Origin: Paraphysomonas bandaiensis
Taxonomy: Eukaryota; Protista; Chrysophyceae
Length of the DNA: 64,000 nt
Assembly (NCBI GenBank): GCA_965644295.1
Contig: CBFFRP010000199.1
Coordinates: 310,001-374,000, forward strand
Direction: 5' to 3'
The position numbers and the translations under genes were made by a program. Each line of letters begins with the position of its first letter. Positions within the stretch are counted from its first letter, which is position 1. This document shows positions 23,701 through 38,345 of the stretch, one piece after another. The notes beneath the pieces were generated by a model. It saw only the letters and a list, made by a program, of their open reading frames with translations. It was not told the DNA's origin and did no database searches.

Positions 23701-25552
23701 GCCATTAGTGTCAGCACTGCGGACAGAAGATATCGGGATTAATGACAAAAATACTCCAGTATTTGTGTATGTTGATACTACCTGCTTTATCTTTTCTGAC
23801 GAAGATTGTATTTCGGAAGCATCAGTGCGTATTAGGAAGCAGGAAGCCCTAGAACCTGTTGTACGTGCTGTTGAATATGGGGCACGAAATCTTGTGTTGT
23901 TATTTTCACTGAAAACACGGAGCGCTCTTGAAAATCCTTCTCAGCTTGGTAGCTCTATCGAAACTTTTCTATCGAAAGAGTTTAGTGTTTTGTCTCGCTC
24001 TCGGGTGACATCGAATATAGAATTCCGAGTTACGTTTGTCCCATGTCTACCCACACTAAAGCATTTGCTCTCAGAATATGAAACTGAAATCAAGGATATA
24101 TCTGTGAATATAGTGAATATATTTCTTTTGGATAATATTAATTCGCCTTCAATTGTTCCATCCGAAATTCCATATGTCGAAGCTGAAAGTGATGACGAAG
24201 CCGATTCAATTCCTATAGGTCTGGATGAATTTGCTGCAGAAAAGCTGAGTATTTGGAAAGAAGGCCGTCCAGGAACTGTTGCAGTCGATTTACCGGAGTC
24301 ATGTGGGAATAGCACGGTTTACTGCATTGCCGATGTTTGTGCTGCGCTTTCTGATATAGTAAAATCCACTGGGGGGTTGTGGGTAGAAGGGCATGCATCG
24401 CATTTATTTCCCTCTTCAGACGCAACACCTTACTGTGTTACGCCTAAAATGTTTGTATCAGAAAGTGTTCGAAATGTCGCGATTTGGGTTGGCTTGGTGT
24501 GCCAATTTCCCGGGCTTTCTTTAATACGAGATCAAGTACAACACAAGGATATGCCTGATCTTTCGTCTGATTGTGACGCGATATTTTCTTTTCCTCAGTT
24601 TGTTGCAAACCTTTTTCCCCCTGAGATAGTGCACCCAAAACTCATAGTAACATTGGGAGGTAATATCCAACCCGAAAAGTTTAGTATGTTGGATAATCTC
24701 ATTGAATTGGTAAGTGACAGTCGTATATATATGAAAGTTTTTGATCATACTACTCTATTCTAGGCTGATACTGTTATTTTGCTGGGTGAGTTCTGTGTTC
24801 CTTTTTTGCGCGCTCAAGGAGTATCATTCGTGCAAATGAATGATGTGTGTGAAACATATACTAGTGCTTGCAATCTTATTATTCAAAAAGCCCGTGTGCG
24901 TGGTGTCAATCTCTTGCTTCCCATTGACGTTATAACTGGCGACGAGCAACTGACCTTTGACAGTCCTTTACCATCCGTAAGTTTAGATAATGATACACAA
25001 GATGAGGGTGTTGATTACGACGGGGAGAGCACTGTTGTTTCGTTGTTCGATGATGACAATAGGCTCCTAACATCTGAAGTACAAGGCTTTCCGTATGACG
25101 TTGGCCCGTCGACGTGTCACATGTTGACAAATGAAATTAAAAATCATCATGTTCATTTCTCGTGGGGGTCTGCGGGTTGCTGCGAGTATTCATCTTTCCA
25201 AGGAGGTCAACGTGCAGTGATCAGTGCTTCGACACCACCGCGCTGTATTGAATCTACTGTTAATAGCACTGAAATTTCCCATGTATTACCCTACAATGTT
25301 ATCGTTGGTGAGTCGACGGTAGAGTGGTGGAGCCGTATTGCTGATTCCGATAACGAATATGATGGCAACATAATGAAGAAAGGCGTAGCCAAACTTTCGA
25401 CTAGAAATTCCAAGTCAGTTTCATCAATCATTTGTCAAGTTCCTTCCGGGAAATTGAGTGCTTTCGGAAAACGGACGCCATGCAAAAATGAATGGGATTA
25501 TTTCACTCCTGAGCCGGATAGCGAAGCTGAAAGCGACGACGAAGATGAATAG
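20771..25552 (+). CDS. MYCBP-associated protein (MYCBPAP) fused to a degenerate phosphoglycerate kinase fold, five exons
   Basis: MYCBPAP-like W..IQKRL..LVMNSGDEYRARNEE, NTGTTAITYVW, GQILPGD..FSFSS..GSFHETW, then an acidic linker and PGK-like N and C domains. In-frame GT-AG introns lie near 20914-20970, 22867-22913, 23049-23091 and 24710-24763. Confidence 0.82.
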
Positions 25553-25879
25553 ATCATCGTCTGTAACCTAAGTTATTATTCGTACCAGAGTATTTGCATA
25601 CTGATAAGTGTTTAATTAAATATTATATAAGCATTCCCACAACTATTATCACGTACGGTCAATATAAGACAAAATCTGAGAGAACACACAATAGCCGTGA
25701 AGAAAAGAATAAGTAGCACTATCAAGAATTTGATATTGGGATGGTTAAAACTTAAGCAACTGAGCGTTGAACTCACTCAATAATTAATTTTAGTATATAT
25801 TTTAATAAGCACTTCTCATTCACTAAATATATATATCTTCTCTTCACTATTCACTATGTGAGATCATTCTATGGACATT

Positions 25880-26990
25880 ATAGTTTTTCAACAATCTTCG
25901 ATTTTTATCCTAAAAAAGTGTCTTTCATATCAAAATTGCAATTAATTGAAGCGAGCTGGATATTATTATATTATTATTGTAATTGCAATTTCAATATTTA
26001 ACAATTAATTGCAATTGATATGCAACCCTGGAATACAGTATATCTAAAGACTGTTCTCTGTACTATATGATTTTTAATGATATTATTGCTATGAGAGAGT
26101 TCGATGCACTGAAATATATTGATTATACTAGAGCGCGTCTATCTAATATCTGATTATATTGATTGGTTAATTCATTTAACTTAATTAGCGATATGAGCGA
26201 CAAACTGGCTGCAGAAGACATTGCATGAGTGTTATTTGAGAAAAAGTAAATGATAATAACGACGAGGCTACAATGAAGATTTGTCCTGTAGGAAAAGGGG
26301 CTCCACATTTGCAATGATTGACCGCTACTTGCTTCTATCTAATCATATGCCATCATCATTCGAGTTTAGTTCCGACGTGTAAAGACTAATGCCATGTGAA
26401 ACGATGCATGCTAAGCTCGTGCGATACGAGAGGTATAGGAATTGTTTCAACTAGTATAATCCTTACAATTACTGAAGTAAGAGGTTAACACCAGCTTGAC
26501 CTTCACGACGTTTGTTTGACGAACTCATCACAGGGCACCCGATTGATGAGCGTCATCTGGGCGTCAGCTGCTATTATTCATAACGCTGCTTTCGAAAAGG
26601 CAGTTGTGAAGATTCAATGTGGCAACGAAGCCGTAACTCGGACGGAAAAGATCAAATTAAAGTATTTTTGCTTGATGAAGAAGAAGAAGATTATATGACG
26701 GTGCGAGTCTAGTTCCGAATGACGACGAAGCACAACGTTTGATTGATGGTGGCAGGCAGCGGAAGCGAGCAAGACGTAACCACAGCATGAAACACTTGCA
26801 TGCCACAACCAATATGGTTGAGAGGTTGTTCAGTAGAGCTACGATTGTTATGAAGGGCTTGCGCAAAAGCTTGACTTCTCAACATTTAAGAGCTACTAAT
26901 GTTTTTACCCATGAATCGTCGCCTCTGGAAAGAAATGACAATTGAGGTAGCTATATTGGCAGCTAGGGTATTTTAGTACTAATTAATTGC
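25880..26990 (+). mobile_element. hAT transposon relics (terminal ...CAACCCTG at 26030 and decayed transposase C-terminus)
   Basis: ATTGCAAT-rich subterminal repeats end in CCCTG. Fragments FEKAVVKIQCG and TTNMVERLFSRA..LRKSL (hAT dimerisation domain) contain stops and frameshifts. Confidence 0.7.
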
Positions 26991-27319
26991 ACTAGTATAC
27001 CAACAAACAGCTGAGTGCTAAAACAAGTTTAATTCTAAAGGTCAGTGTAGTTATTGTACTGCATTAATAAGAAATCATCATACAAATTGTGTATCAAAGG
27101 CAACTGAAAGCACATCAGTCACACTTCTACGATGCTGCTCAAAATTAAGTTATTGCAAGAAAAGAATTTTCTTACAATCCAGTCTTACAATCCAGCGTGC
27201 TTTTGCAACTAACTTAACTAGTAGACTTTCCAACAGTTCGAGGGCTCACACAATAGTCTAATATATATCCCAGAGTTCCCATTATTACCCAAGTATCAAA
27301 TGTGTACAGCGATATTCAT

Positions 27320-27820
27320 CTAATAAAAGAAGCCTAGAATCTTACCACCTGTCTTCTTAGCACGGGCTTCCTCGTGGTCCATGATACCAAAGGTAGTGGT
27401 GAGCACAATGTGTCCAAAACCACGAGAGGGAAGGACATTTTGCACCCACTGCTCAACCTCCTATAATATTAAATATGTTTATTAAAACGCAGTTATTACA
27501 TACAAACAAACAGACTCACCCTAACGCTGCAGTCAAAGCGAGGAGAAATAACACCGCACTTATTAATGCGACCAATAAGATTCACAACGATCTTTCCTGA
27601 GCGGTGATCATCTAGGACCTCAAACTCTCCAATGTATCCTATCGATCCCCATTAAGAACAACAATCTCAATTATATATTGCATCTACCATTTTTCTGCAT
27701 CACTTGGAGAAACTTGACAACGACCTTGGAAGAAGGTCTGATGATAACCTGTCTCTTTCCACGCTTCTCAGCGTTGGACATCTTCTTGAGACAATCGGCA
27801 AGTACAGACATTTTCGTCAT
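27320..27820 (-). CDS. RPS15A: 40S ribosomal protein S15a (uS8), two coding introns plus a 5' UTR intron
   Basis: [85 protein letters not shown]. Confidence 0.98.
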
Positions 27821-28279
27821 CTGTAAAGACACATAAGAGAAGATATGAAACAAAAAAAATAAAGAAAGGACCTTTGAAACGATAGCAACAATGGGAACCA
27901 GTAACTAATAACTGTTTAATAGTTCTCCGGTCAATCACTATGGAACACTCTACACACTGCACTGCACCACTATACAAAACTCCTCATCACTCATTGAAAG
28001 ACAATCTTGAATAGCCAAAAAACTGAAAATATAAACACCAGTACAACAATACTGTGGAGGAATACGGTATACTGTATACACTCAGTACATGTTAAAAGAA
28101 TAATTTCGGTGGCTAATACTATTCATATACCTGTGCCTACACCTGTACATATACATACACTGTAGGTACACCACAGTACACACATACATACACTACAACA
28201 TCAGTGAGATGTATGTACATACCACACACACTGAGAGTCATTATTAATATATTTCATTGAGTAGATAACTTACAACGCC

Positions 28280-30442
<2,163 letters not shown>

Positions 30443-30839
30443 TGATATCACATTTTGTTTACAATATTCATGTGCTGCGCGCTAGTGACCAAAACCGAAT
30501 GTTCTCACGTAGACTTCTAGTAAGCCAATCATTATTGGGAAATAATTTGTTGTTGATATATCTTTTCGTTGAACTAGCGTGTCTGTTTATACATGTTGGA
30601 ATACACCATTTTGCATAAGACTTCTATATCTTCCAAACGTATGAAGTATACGACGCAGTGTTGTAGAAATAACATATTGTGTCACAGGGATAGGGAACAA
30701 TATATTGTATTGCAATATATTGTACAATATATTGCAATATATTGTAAAATATATTGATTGGTGGACTGGTCAAATATTCCATCAATAGTGTTTCTGTTAA
30801 TAGAGCTCACAATACTATTGCAATATATTGCAATCAATA

Positions 30840-32349
30840 GTAGTGAATGTCTGATTATTTAGCAATAGGCGTTGAGACCTTGCATCAATTAGTGGCTAGA
30901 AGAATGCTAGTCATACTAGTTAGACCACTACCCGTAACTAATCAATACAAACTCTTTTATCCTACTATTTAACGCTACGAAAGCTGCTTGTGCGTCGCCG
31001 CAAGCACCAAGGTGCAACCACTTCCGTTCTTTTTGTGTGATATGAAATTCGCCTTTATCGTGTGTCCGTGGACTCACCGGCGCTTTTGATCTGGGGGTCT
31101 CCCTTTGGGATGGGTCTCCATTGGTTTTGGAGGGGGCTCAGCATTCTGAATTAGGGTCCTGAGTGCACCTAGGTCCGATTTGCTGGGTCCGTCACCGCTG
31201 TTATCGGAGGAGAATTCCTTCCCCTGAAGGGCGTGGGAGGGATGGTTGATGGACCTGGCACGGTGGACTCCTTGCATTCCCTTGGAATGACATTGCAACA
31301 CATTTTGGAGACGCATGATGACAAGGTCAGGAATTCTCTCGAGTAGCGCGTGTAGTTCCAACTCCACCGGGTATTTGGTGTCCAGGAAGAAGTGATCGTT
31401 GGAGCAAAACACATCATAAGATGGAAGGAATTGAGTTTGTGGAAGGAAGGAGGAATGGTGGGTGGACCAGTACGCCCAGTAAGGGAGAGGCGATAGTTTG
31501 TCTGTGGGTTTTCTAGGAGGAGGTAGAGTGTACTGTGTGTGTGTATGACACTGCAGTGGTGTTATGAGTGTGTTGGACAGAGAGAGAGAGCTGGTGATGT
31601 GTCCAACAGTACCGGTATACAGGTACATGGACATGGTGATGTGTCCAACAGTACAGGTATACAGGTACATGGACATGGTGATGTGTCCAACAGCAGTAGA
31701 GGTATACACGGAATGGTATACATCCTGTAGGACACAGTAGTACAGTAGTCGAGTAAACCGTATGCGGAATACAGTGTCTATCCAATGAGATGGATGGGCT
31801 GTGGGGGTGATAGGTGAACAGGGTGAGGGGGTAGCCTGCTGGGTGGATGGACCACAGACAAACCATGTTGGGTTGGGCTGAGTGGGCGGCAGAAGGCAGC
31901 CCTGTTGCACAGTTGAGAGGGATCGAGAGTATTCAGTGATTGCATAGGGGGTCCATGGGGGTCGTTTTCGTGAGCCTGCTCGCACGAGCCATGTTCTGAG
32001 AGGTTGTAGCCGTAGAAAGCGATGGGTGAGACGAAGTTGTCTGCTGAGGGGATAGCACGTAGGTGCGGTCAGCGCTGCATTGGTGCAGGCACGTGGTTTA
32101 ACTGAAGTAGTTGAGTAGGGTGAAGGTTGCAAGGCCAGGCAGGGGGGCTTGGAGCGTGTACAACATGGTGTGACAGGTAATTTGTCGGAAGCGTGGTGGT
32201 CAACAAAATGCAGCAGTAAGGGAGTGTAAAAGGCCCTGGGCACACTGATGTGACTCAGCCACAGTCTCAATAGAGACATTGGGCTTGGAGCTGGTTAATA
32301 GAGTGAAACTTTATGTTGGACTGTATTTGCCATCGTAGGGCAGAGAATT
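30840..32349 (-). mobile_element. 5'-truncated non-LTR retrotransposon inserted in the hAT left arm
   Basis: 14-bp TSD TATTGCAATCAATA (30826-30839, 32350-32363). The ORF remnant ends HPKGRPPDQKRR* and is followed by the conserved ~250-nt 3' block. Confidence 0.85.
31592..31707. repeat. 42-bp tandem repeat (~2.7 copies) inside the non-LTR copy
   Basis: TGGTGATGTGTCCAACAGTAC(C/A)GGTATACAGGTACATGGACA units start at 31592, 31634 and 31676. Confidence 0.92.
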
Positions 32350-32585
32350 TATTGCAATCAATATTATGATAGTCATATAAGAGAAGATCCTCAACTGTAT
32401 GGTGCAAAATATACGCCTCTGTATACAAATATCCGGAAAATAAGAAAAAAAGCCTATTTTTGATGTTATTTTCTATTTTTTATGTATCGCCAGCTCAAAC
32501 AGCACTCTACACCTCTCCACATGTATGTACAGTACTTCTCTTAATATAGTATATATATCCTATAGTGACAAGAAGAGACAACTGA

Positions 32586-33451
32586 ATGATGAGTGCATAC
32601 AAGAGTAGGGACATTTACCGCTGTTTTTGGAGTCCGGTCGAAGGTGTCCCGAACAAACACGAGTGTAAAATCTGCGGACGTAAACGACAACAGAATATTC
32701 GGAATGGATACAACAATCTAAAGGATCACACTTTCTCTCATGATGTGTGGGAGGAGACATTGAAGAGGTATTTACGGGCTGTCTGCACCAATGGTCCCAT
32801 GGATGCTTTTGTTCTGCAGCCTTCAGACAAGGCGAAAACAATTTATGAGTGGGTGGAGTGGATTGTCGAGGAAAATCTTCCATTAAATTTCTGTGAGAAG
32901 AAATTAACTAGAAATAAGACTTCTTTGGGTAAGATAACTACAAAAACACTGAAAAAAACACTGTTTTACAGAAAAACAGTCCCATTGTTAATGATCCGAA
33001 TTTCGAGAATGGAATTGCAAAACTCCAAGCAGGCGAAGAATTGGACTTGACAAGATCTGAGAAAGATGCTGTTAGAATATATCTCCGTTCAGACAGTGAT
33101 TATTGCAACAATACAGAGGATGATGAAGCTGAAGTTGGCTATGCGGAAAAAATTCTTCAATCAGCTCAAAAACTTAAGAAGCGAAAAGTTGAAATATCTA
33201 AGTACAGGTGCACGAGTCATGTAGTATGTACTTCCAATACGTGTGAACGCCTGTTCAGCGCAGCAAAACTGATTATATCAGTGTTGCGCAAACGTATGCA
33301 TCCTACTACACTTAATATGCTGTTGTTTCTGAAAGCTAACCGACAGTTGTGGCCGGATGCAAGCATATTTCAATCAATATTGAATGAATATGGTGATGAT
33401 GATGTCACCGATGATGGCTCAGAGGATGAGTATGAGGAAACTTTTAATTAG
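32586..33451 (+). pseudogene. hAT transposase remnant: BED finger joined out of frame to the C-terminal dimerisation domain, most of the DDE core deleted
   Basis: HECKICG..NLKDHTFSH (BED), EWIVEENLPLNFCE, a junction near 32960, then NFENGIAKLQAG and TSNTCERLFS..LLFLKAN. Confidence 0.92.
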
Positions 33452-34489
33452 TTAAGAGTAGTGGGTTTGATTATCAAGTGACCTTAGACCTTATAAAATA
33501 TGGCAAGTACTAAAAATGAAAACTACAGATGTGTTTACTTACTGATTAGTCATACTAATATATTGCAATATATTGTACAATATATTGCAATATATTGCAA
33601 TAGTATTGTAGGGCCGGTTCAAAAAAAATCCATCAATACTATTGATGGAACGCTACCTAACAATAGTATTGCAATATATTGTTCCCTATCCCTGTTGTGT
33701 CATACAAATTATTCTGAACAAAAGATTCGCAAAAGTAAAAGAAGCTATGCGTAATTCAATTTCATTGCTACATATGTTGGAAGGCATGTGTTGTTGGATA
33801 GTGTTTCTAACTTGTTTTACAAGAGATTATCTGTGGAAATAGCGACATATACACTTATACCTTACACTAGAAATACACTTATAGTTATACAATACTAAGT
33901 ACCACATATTTGGACATATGGATTGTACGCACCCCACATCGTTAGCTTACATCGTATAAAGAGTAATATACTGTATACTGTACCCATACACAATGCACTG
34001 TATTCAACTACGCTCCTGTATAGTAGTATGCAGCTGTGGTGTGAGGAGCCTACCTCTCACCCCAAGGACAGCCAGCAATAGCCCACTCTTTGATTTCTAA
34101 TCTCTTGCACAGTGATGGTGCTGTGTGTTATATATATCCGATATGTTACAGGACAACAGGCGTTGGACTGATACACAGATACACAGATACACAGTGCATG
34201 CCAGAAGAGCGTATGATGGTATACGTACTGTATTCCAGAATATAACTGCCCAGTGCCACTGCTCGGTATATATATACATACATGCAGCAGTACCTGCACC
34301 TCTGTATATGTACCATATGTACCCCAGCACATACATACATACATACACACATACTACATACATGTACAGCAGCGTATTGTTGTGTATAGTAGTGTGAGTG
34401 TATCATCACAGCTGTGATCATGTGACCCCATCATATAGTCATACATATGAACCCTGTTGATAGTGAGATAGCCAATCGTGAAGTATAAC

Positions 34490-37400
34490 ATGTTTCTCCA
34501 TAGTGATGATTACAGAGGAAAGAAGCAGAAGCAGAAGGATTATCATGCGGCTCTAGACAGAGATGCTCAGTTAAATATGGGGGAGCTCAGTCAAGGCCGT
34601 GACACGGGGAAGCTCCCTCTTCTTGATGCCGCTAGACGAAGCACGAATCCTGTTATCAAACCACAGAAACTCCTTCCATCTGATGACTTCTCTGCTCTGA
34701 ATAATAAAGTCGATGCGCTTGCGAGTCATCTGTACAGTAATGACATGCGGATGAACCGACTTGAAGAGTATATTAGGCGTCTTGAGGGGGGACAGCCCGT
34801 ACGTATGATGGTACACAATGCCTTATTACATACAGTCTGTTTTGTAACTTGTTATCTGCTAGGGTGATAATGATCTGAACCCTTCACCATTTTTACAGTC
34901 AGATGTTGAGAAATTAGCCCGCGACAGCATCAAGTTAAAGGCTAAAGTTGAAGAGTTGCAAAGCATTTTAGCATCTGAGATCAAATCTCGTAATCAGAGT
35001 GAAGAAGAGCTAAGTAAACAGATCTTGTTAGCAAGAGAGAATATGACAGAGTTTTCCAATCAAGCCTTGGATGAAAATGGTGTTGCAGGAGTGAGTTTGT
35101 CTAGTGTGGTTGGTCGAGTGGATGCACTTTCCGACCAGTTGCGGTCTGTTGAGGACGGACAGGAATCCGATCGAGCGTCATTTGTTACACTCAAGGAGGA
35201 AGTAACGCAAGAGGTCGCGCAGCGACTGGAGGAGCTACGTAAAGACGTTATGAGTATAGAGCAAGCATCTCGTGAGGATGTAAAGGGGCAAACTGAAGCG
35301 ATTAGGGAACTAGAGAGCGCTATTAAAATCCAAGGAGATCAATTGGAAGGGGAGATTGCTACCCGAAAGTTGTTTTCGGAGGAAACACAGAAGCAAATTC
35401 ATCATCTTAAAGCAAAGAGTAACGAAGAGGTGTCACACTTGCAGGATATATTTGACTCCGTTCAAAGGGATCTGCGCCAACAAATGAAAACAGAGGAAGT
35501 GTCCCGTGCGAGCGCGGTGAAAGACATCTCTTCCCACATATCTTCATTGGAGAGACAGATGCGGAGTATGGAAGATAACTGGGAGTCTGCACTAAATGAT
35601 GGCTTCCGTTCGGTGAATAATGACATGCGGTCAGATAGAGAGAGTACTGCTGCCGCCCAACAAGAGCTACGAGAAGTCCTCTCGGCGGAGATAACTTCCA
35701 GGCGCAAAACTATCAGCAAAGTGAATGCTAGTATGGACAAACTACACGCTGTTTGTGAACACACAGAGAGGTCTCTGCAAACCTTTTCGCAGGGTGTTGA
35801 AGAGCGGTTTGTAGGTGTCGATGGGAGCCTCTGTAAGGTCACGGCCAGTTTCGCGGAGCAGCTCTTGTCTCTTCAGACTGCGACCAAGAGTGCAGTACGA
35901 ACGCTTCAGGGTGATATCAAATCCTTATCAGAGGATCTCTCAAAGGCTGTAGAGGAGTACAAGAGTATGATTGGAAAATGCGACGATAAGCTGGTATGTG
36001 TAGAGTCAACACTTCGCCAACGCATAGACGATACGAGTGATACGCTGTTGACATTGCGGGCTACGGTGGATAAGGAGACACTGACTCGTGCGGAGGAGGA
36101 CAGTGACATCCGCAATGTCATGGGAACCACGACTGCAGAGCTTCGCGATATAATAGCAAGCGATTCGAAGAATCACACTGCTAATCTCTTGTCTCTTCAA
36201 AACCAACTCATTGCAGATATTGAACGGGATAGAGATGCAGCGTCTAGTAATGTGAGTGCACTGGACGAAAAACTTTCCGCAGAGTTGAAACGTATGGAAT
36301 CCGCTGAGGCTGAAGCACGTTGTGATTCCATCCAGTTTCTAAAGACTGACATGAACGAAAAAATTACTGCGGTGACAACAAGCATTGAAGACCTTGGTGA
36401 AAAAATATTTACTGAATTGAGTTACTCTGCAACTCTTGAAGCACAGACACGTACTCACAAGATCAACCAATTGGCAGCACAAGTGAAGGATCTTGCCGAG
36501 CGAATGGAAATAAGTATGGAGGAACTTCATAGTGCTATTTCTGTGGACTTAAGCTATGCAGTTACTATTGAGGCGCAAACTCGAGCACACGTTGTCGAGT
36601 TGCTCAGGAAAGATCTGAATTCGGCAGTTGACCCCCTCTATGCGCAACTAGAATCCTTGAGATCAGATGGCGCTTCCTTGCGTCAAGTGTGTGATGAGGT
36701 GGCTCATCTGAAGGGTGGAATGGTATCCCAGGAGCAAATTGACGATCTGGAGGCGCGGTATGCTGTGGACAGAGTTGTGATGGACGTAGTTGCGAAGGGA
36801 ATGCAGGAGGAGCAGGACCAGGATTTGTCAGACACATGCAAGGCTTTGGAAGATGCGATGGTCACAGAGTTGTCAAGTGTCAAGTCAATGATAAAAACCG
36901 TCACAGAGACCCTCAAATCTGATATGCAGTCGTCCCGAAATAAGCAGCGCGTAACTGAAGAAAATCTGCGCTCTCAAATTACACGTGCTGCTGATGATGT
37001 CAAAAAATATGTGGATGAAAAGATGCTAGGGTTTTCGGAATACAAATCTGACAGTGGAGAGTCGGGTGTAACAAAGTACTACGTCGACAATAGCATCGCA
37101 TCCTTCAATAAGGAACTTAGCAACAGGCTAGAATGTGTTGAGGTAAAGCGAGATGTTGGGGCTGTTCTTGCTGGGGTCGTAGATAGTGTAGTAGAGGGGG
37201 AGTTGGCGTATTCTATTGACGATACACTTGATAGTGTGAAAACCGAGCTTAGAATCGAGTTCCTAGCTCAGCTCAATAAAATGTTAATGGATCCAATGAC
37301 TGAAATCATGGAGCAACAGCAGGGATTCAGTAATAGAATTGGTGAGATTGGCTCAATAAGTGAGCGCGTCAGGTCTCTAGAGCAAGCGGTTGACGAAGCA

Positions 37401-37490
37401 ATTGACGGTCTTGAAATCCTAAAGTCTGATGTTAACGACGACCTGAAAGAAACTTTAAAACAAGTGGTAGATACTGTAGGGAAAATGTAG
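34490..37490 (+). CDS. Long coiled-coil protein (~980 aa), possibly cytoskeletal fibre protein
   Basis: ATG 34490. Intron 34799-34862 joins in frame to the 844-aa ORF, which is heptad-rich and has recurring E-x-x-x-R motifs. Confidence 0.8.
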
Positions 37491-37978
37491 TGAAATAAAA
37501 GTTGCTGTGGAGTAGCGATCGTGCGGAGTGTGCTAGTGTGATTATTTATTTTAATATGGTATGTGTGAATATACTTGATGTCACTCGATGTAGTATATGC
37601 AAGTGTAAATGAATAATTTCAGATGCTGTTTGTGATGAGGATTGAGGACAAGTAAAATGTATGTGCTATGCTGTATAGAAACAGATTGTAAATGATAAAG
37701 CTGGACACGGTTCATTCGCTGCTAAATATAGACATGAAAACCATCAACTTATACCTCTCCATTACTCTTAATTGGTGCTAGTGCGGCAATATATATATAA
37801 TGTATGCATATACATTATACATGTTTAAAATGTAATCACTTTCTTTCGGACGTCGAAATAAGAAAAAAAATGCAATTATAATTTACCATTTACTAGGCTA
37901 TTTACAACTCAGAATACAGGAGTCTCCTATACATTTTTATAAACTATAAAAACCAATAATATCGTCCTCTACAGAACC

Positions 37979-38045
37979 CGTGTTCATTACTTACACTCTA
38001 ATAATCACAACATTGTTTTACTATTATAAAGATCAATTCTTTATT
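37979..38045 (+). repeat. Truncated copia LTR (last 67 bp)
   Basis: Matches the 3' end of the 265-bp LTR and ends exactly at CTTTATT. Confidence 0.95.
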
Positions 38046-38345
38046 CCCGGTACCACCACAAAGCCCTGTGGAGTCTCATCCCAAGGGGAAACCCCCTGAT
38101 AACACGCGCCAGTGAGTCTTAGGTCACACGGTCATGGCGAAACTCGCAATCAACATAAAGAACGGAAGTGGTCGCACCTTGGTGCTTGCGGCGACGCACA
38201 AGCAGCTTCTGTAGCGTTAACTAGTAAGAGAAGAGAGTTTGTGCTGATTAGTTATGGATAGAGGTCTAAATAGTCTATCTAGCATTCGACTAGCCACTGG
38301 TGCAGAATTTTAACGCCTACTGATAAATAATAAGACTTTCAATAT
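38046..38345 (+). mobile_element. 3' fragment of the same non-LTR family
   Basis: Encodes ESHPKGKPPDNTRQ*, then the conserved 3' block ending AAGACTTTCA with an (AT)n tail. Confidence 0.85.

Larger units (their letters stand above)
30685..33694 (+). mobile_element. Internally deleted (non-autonomous) hAT DNA transposon
   Basis: Perfect 23-bp TIR CAGGGATAGGGAACAATATATTG, 8-bp TSD TTGTGTCA (30677-30684, 33695-33702) and CAATATATTG subterminal repeats. Confidence 0.97.

Noticed and set aside
31074-32279. 401-aa ORF as a host gene
   Set aside because: It lies within a TSD-bounded retroelement fragment and includes translated tandem repeats.
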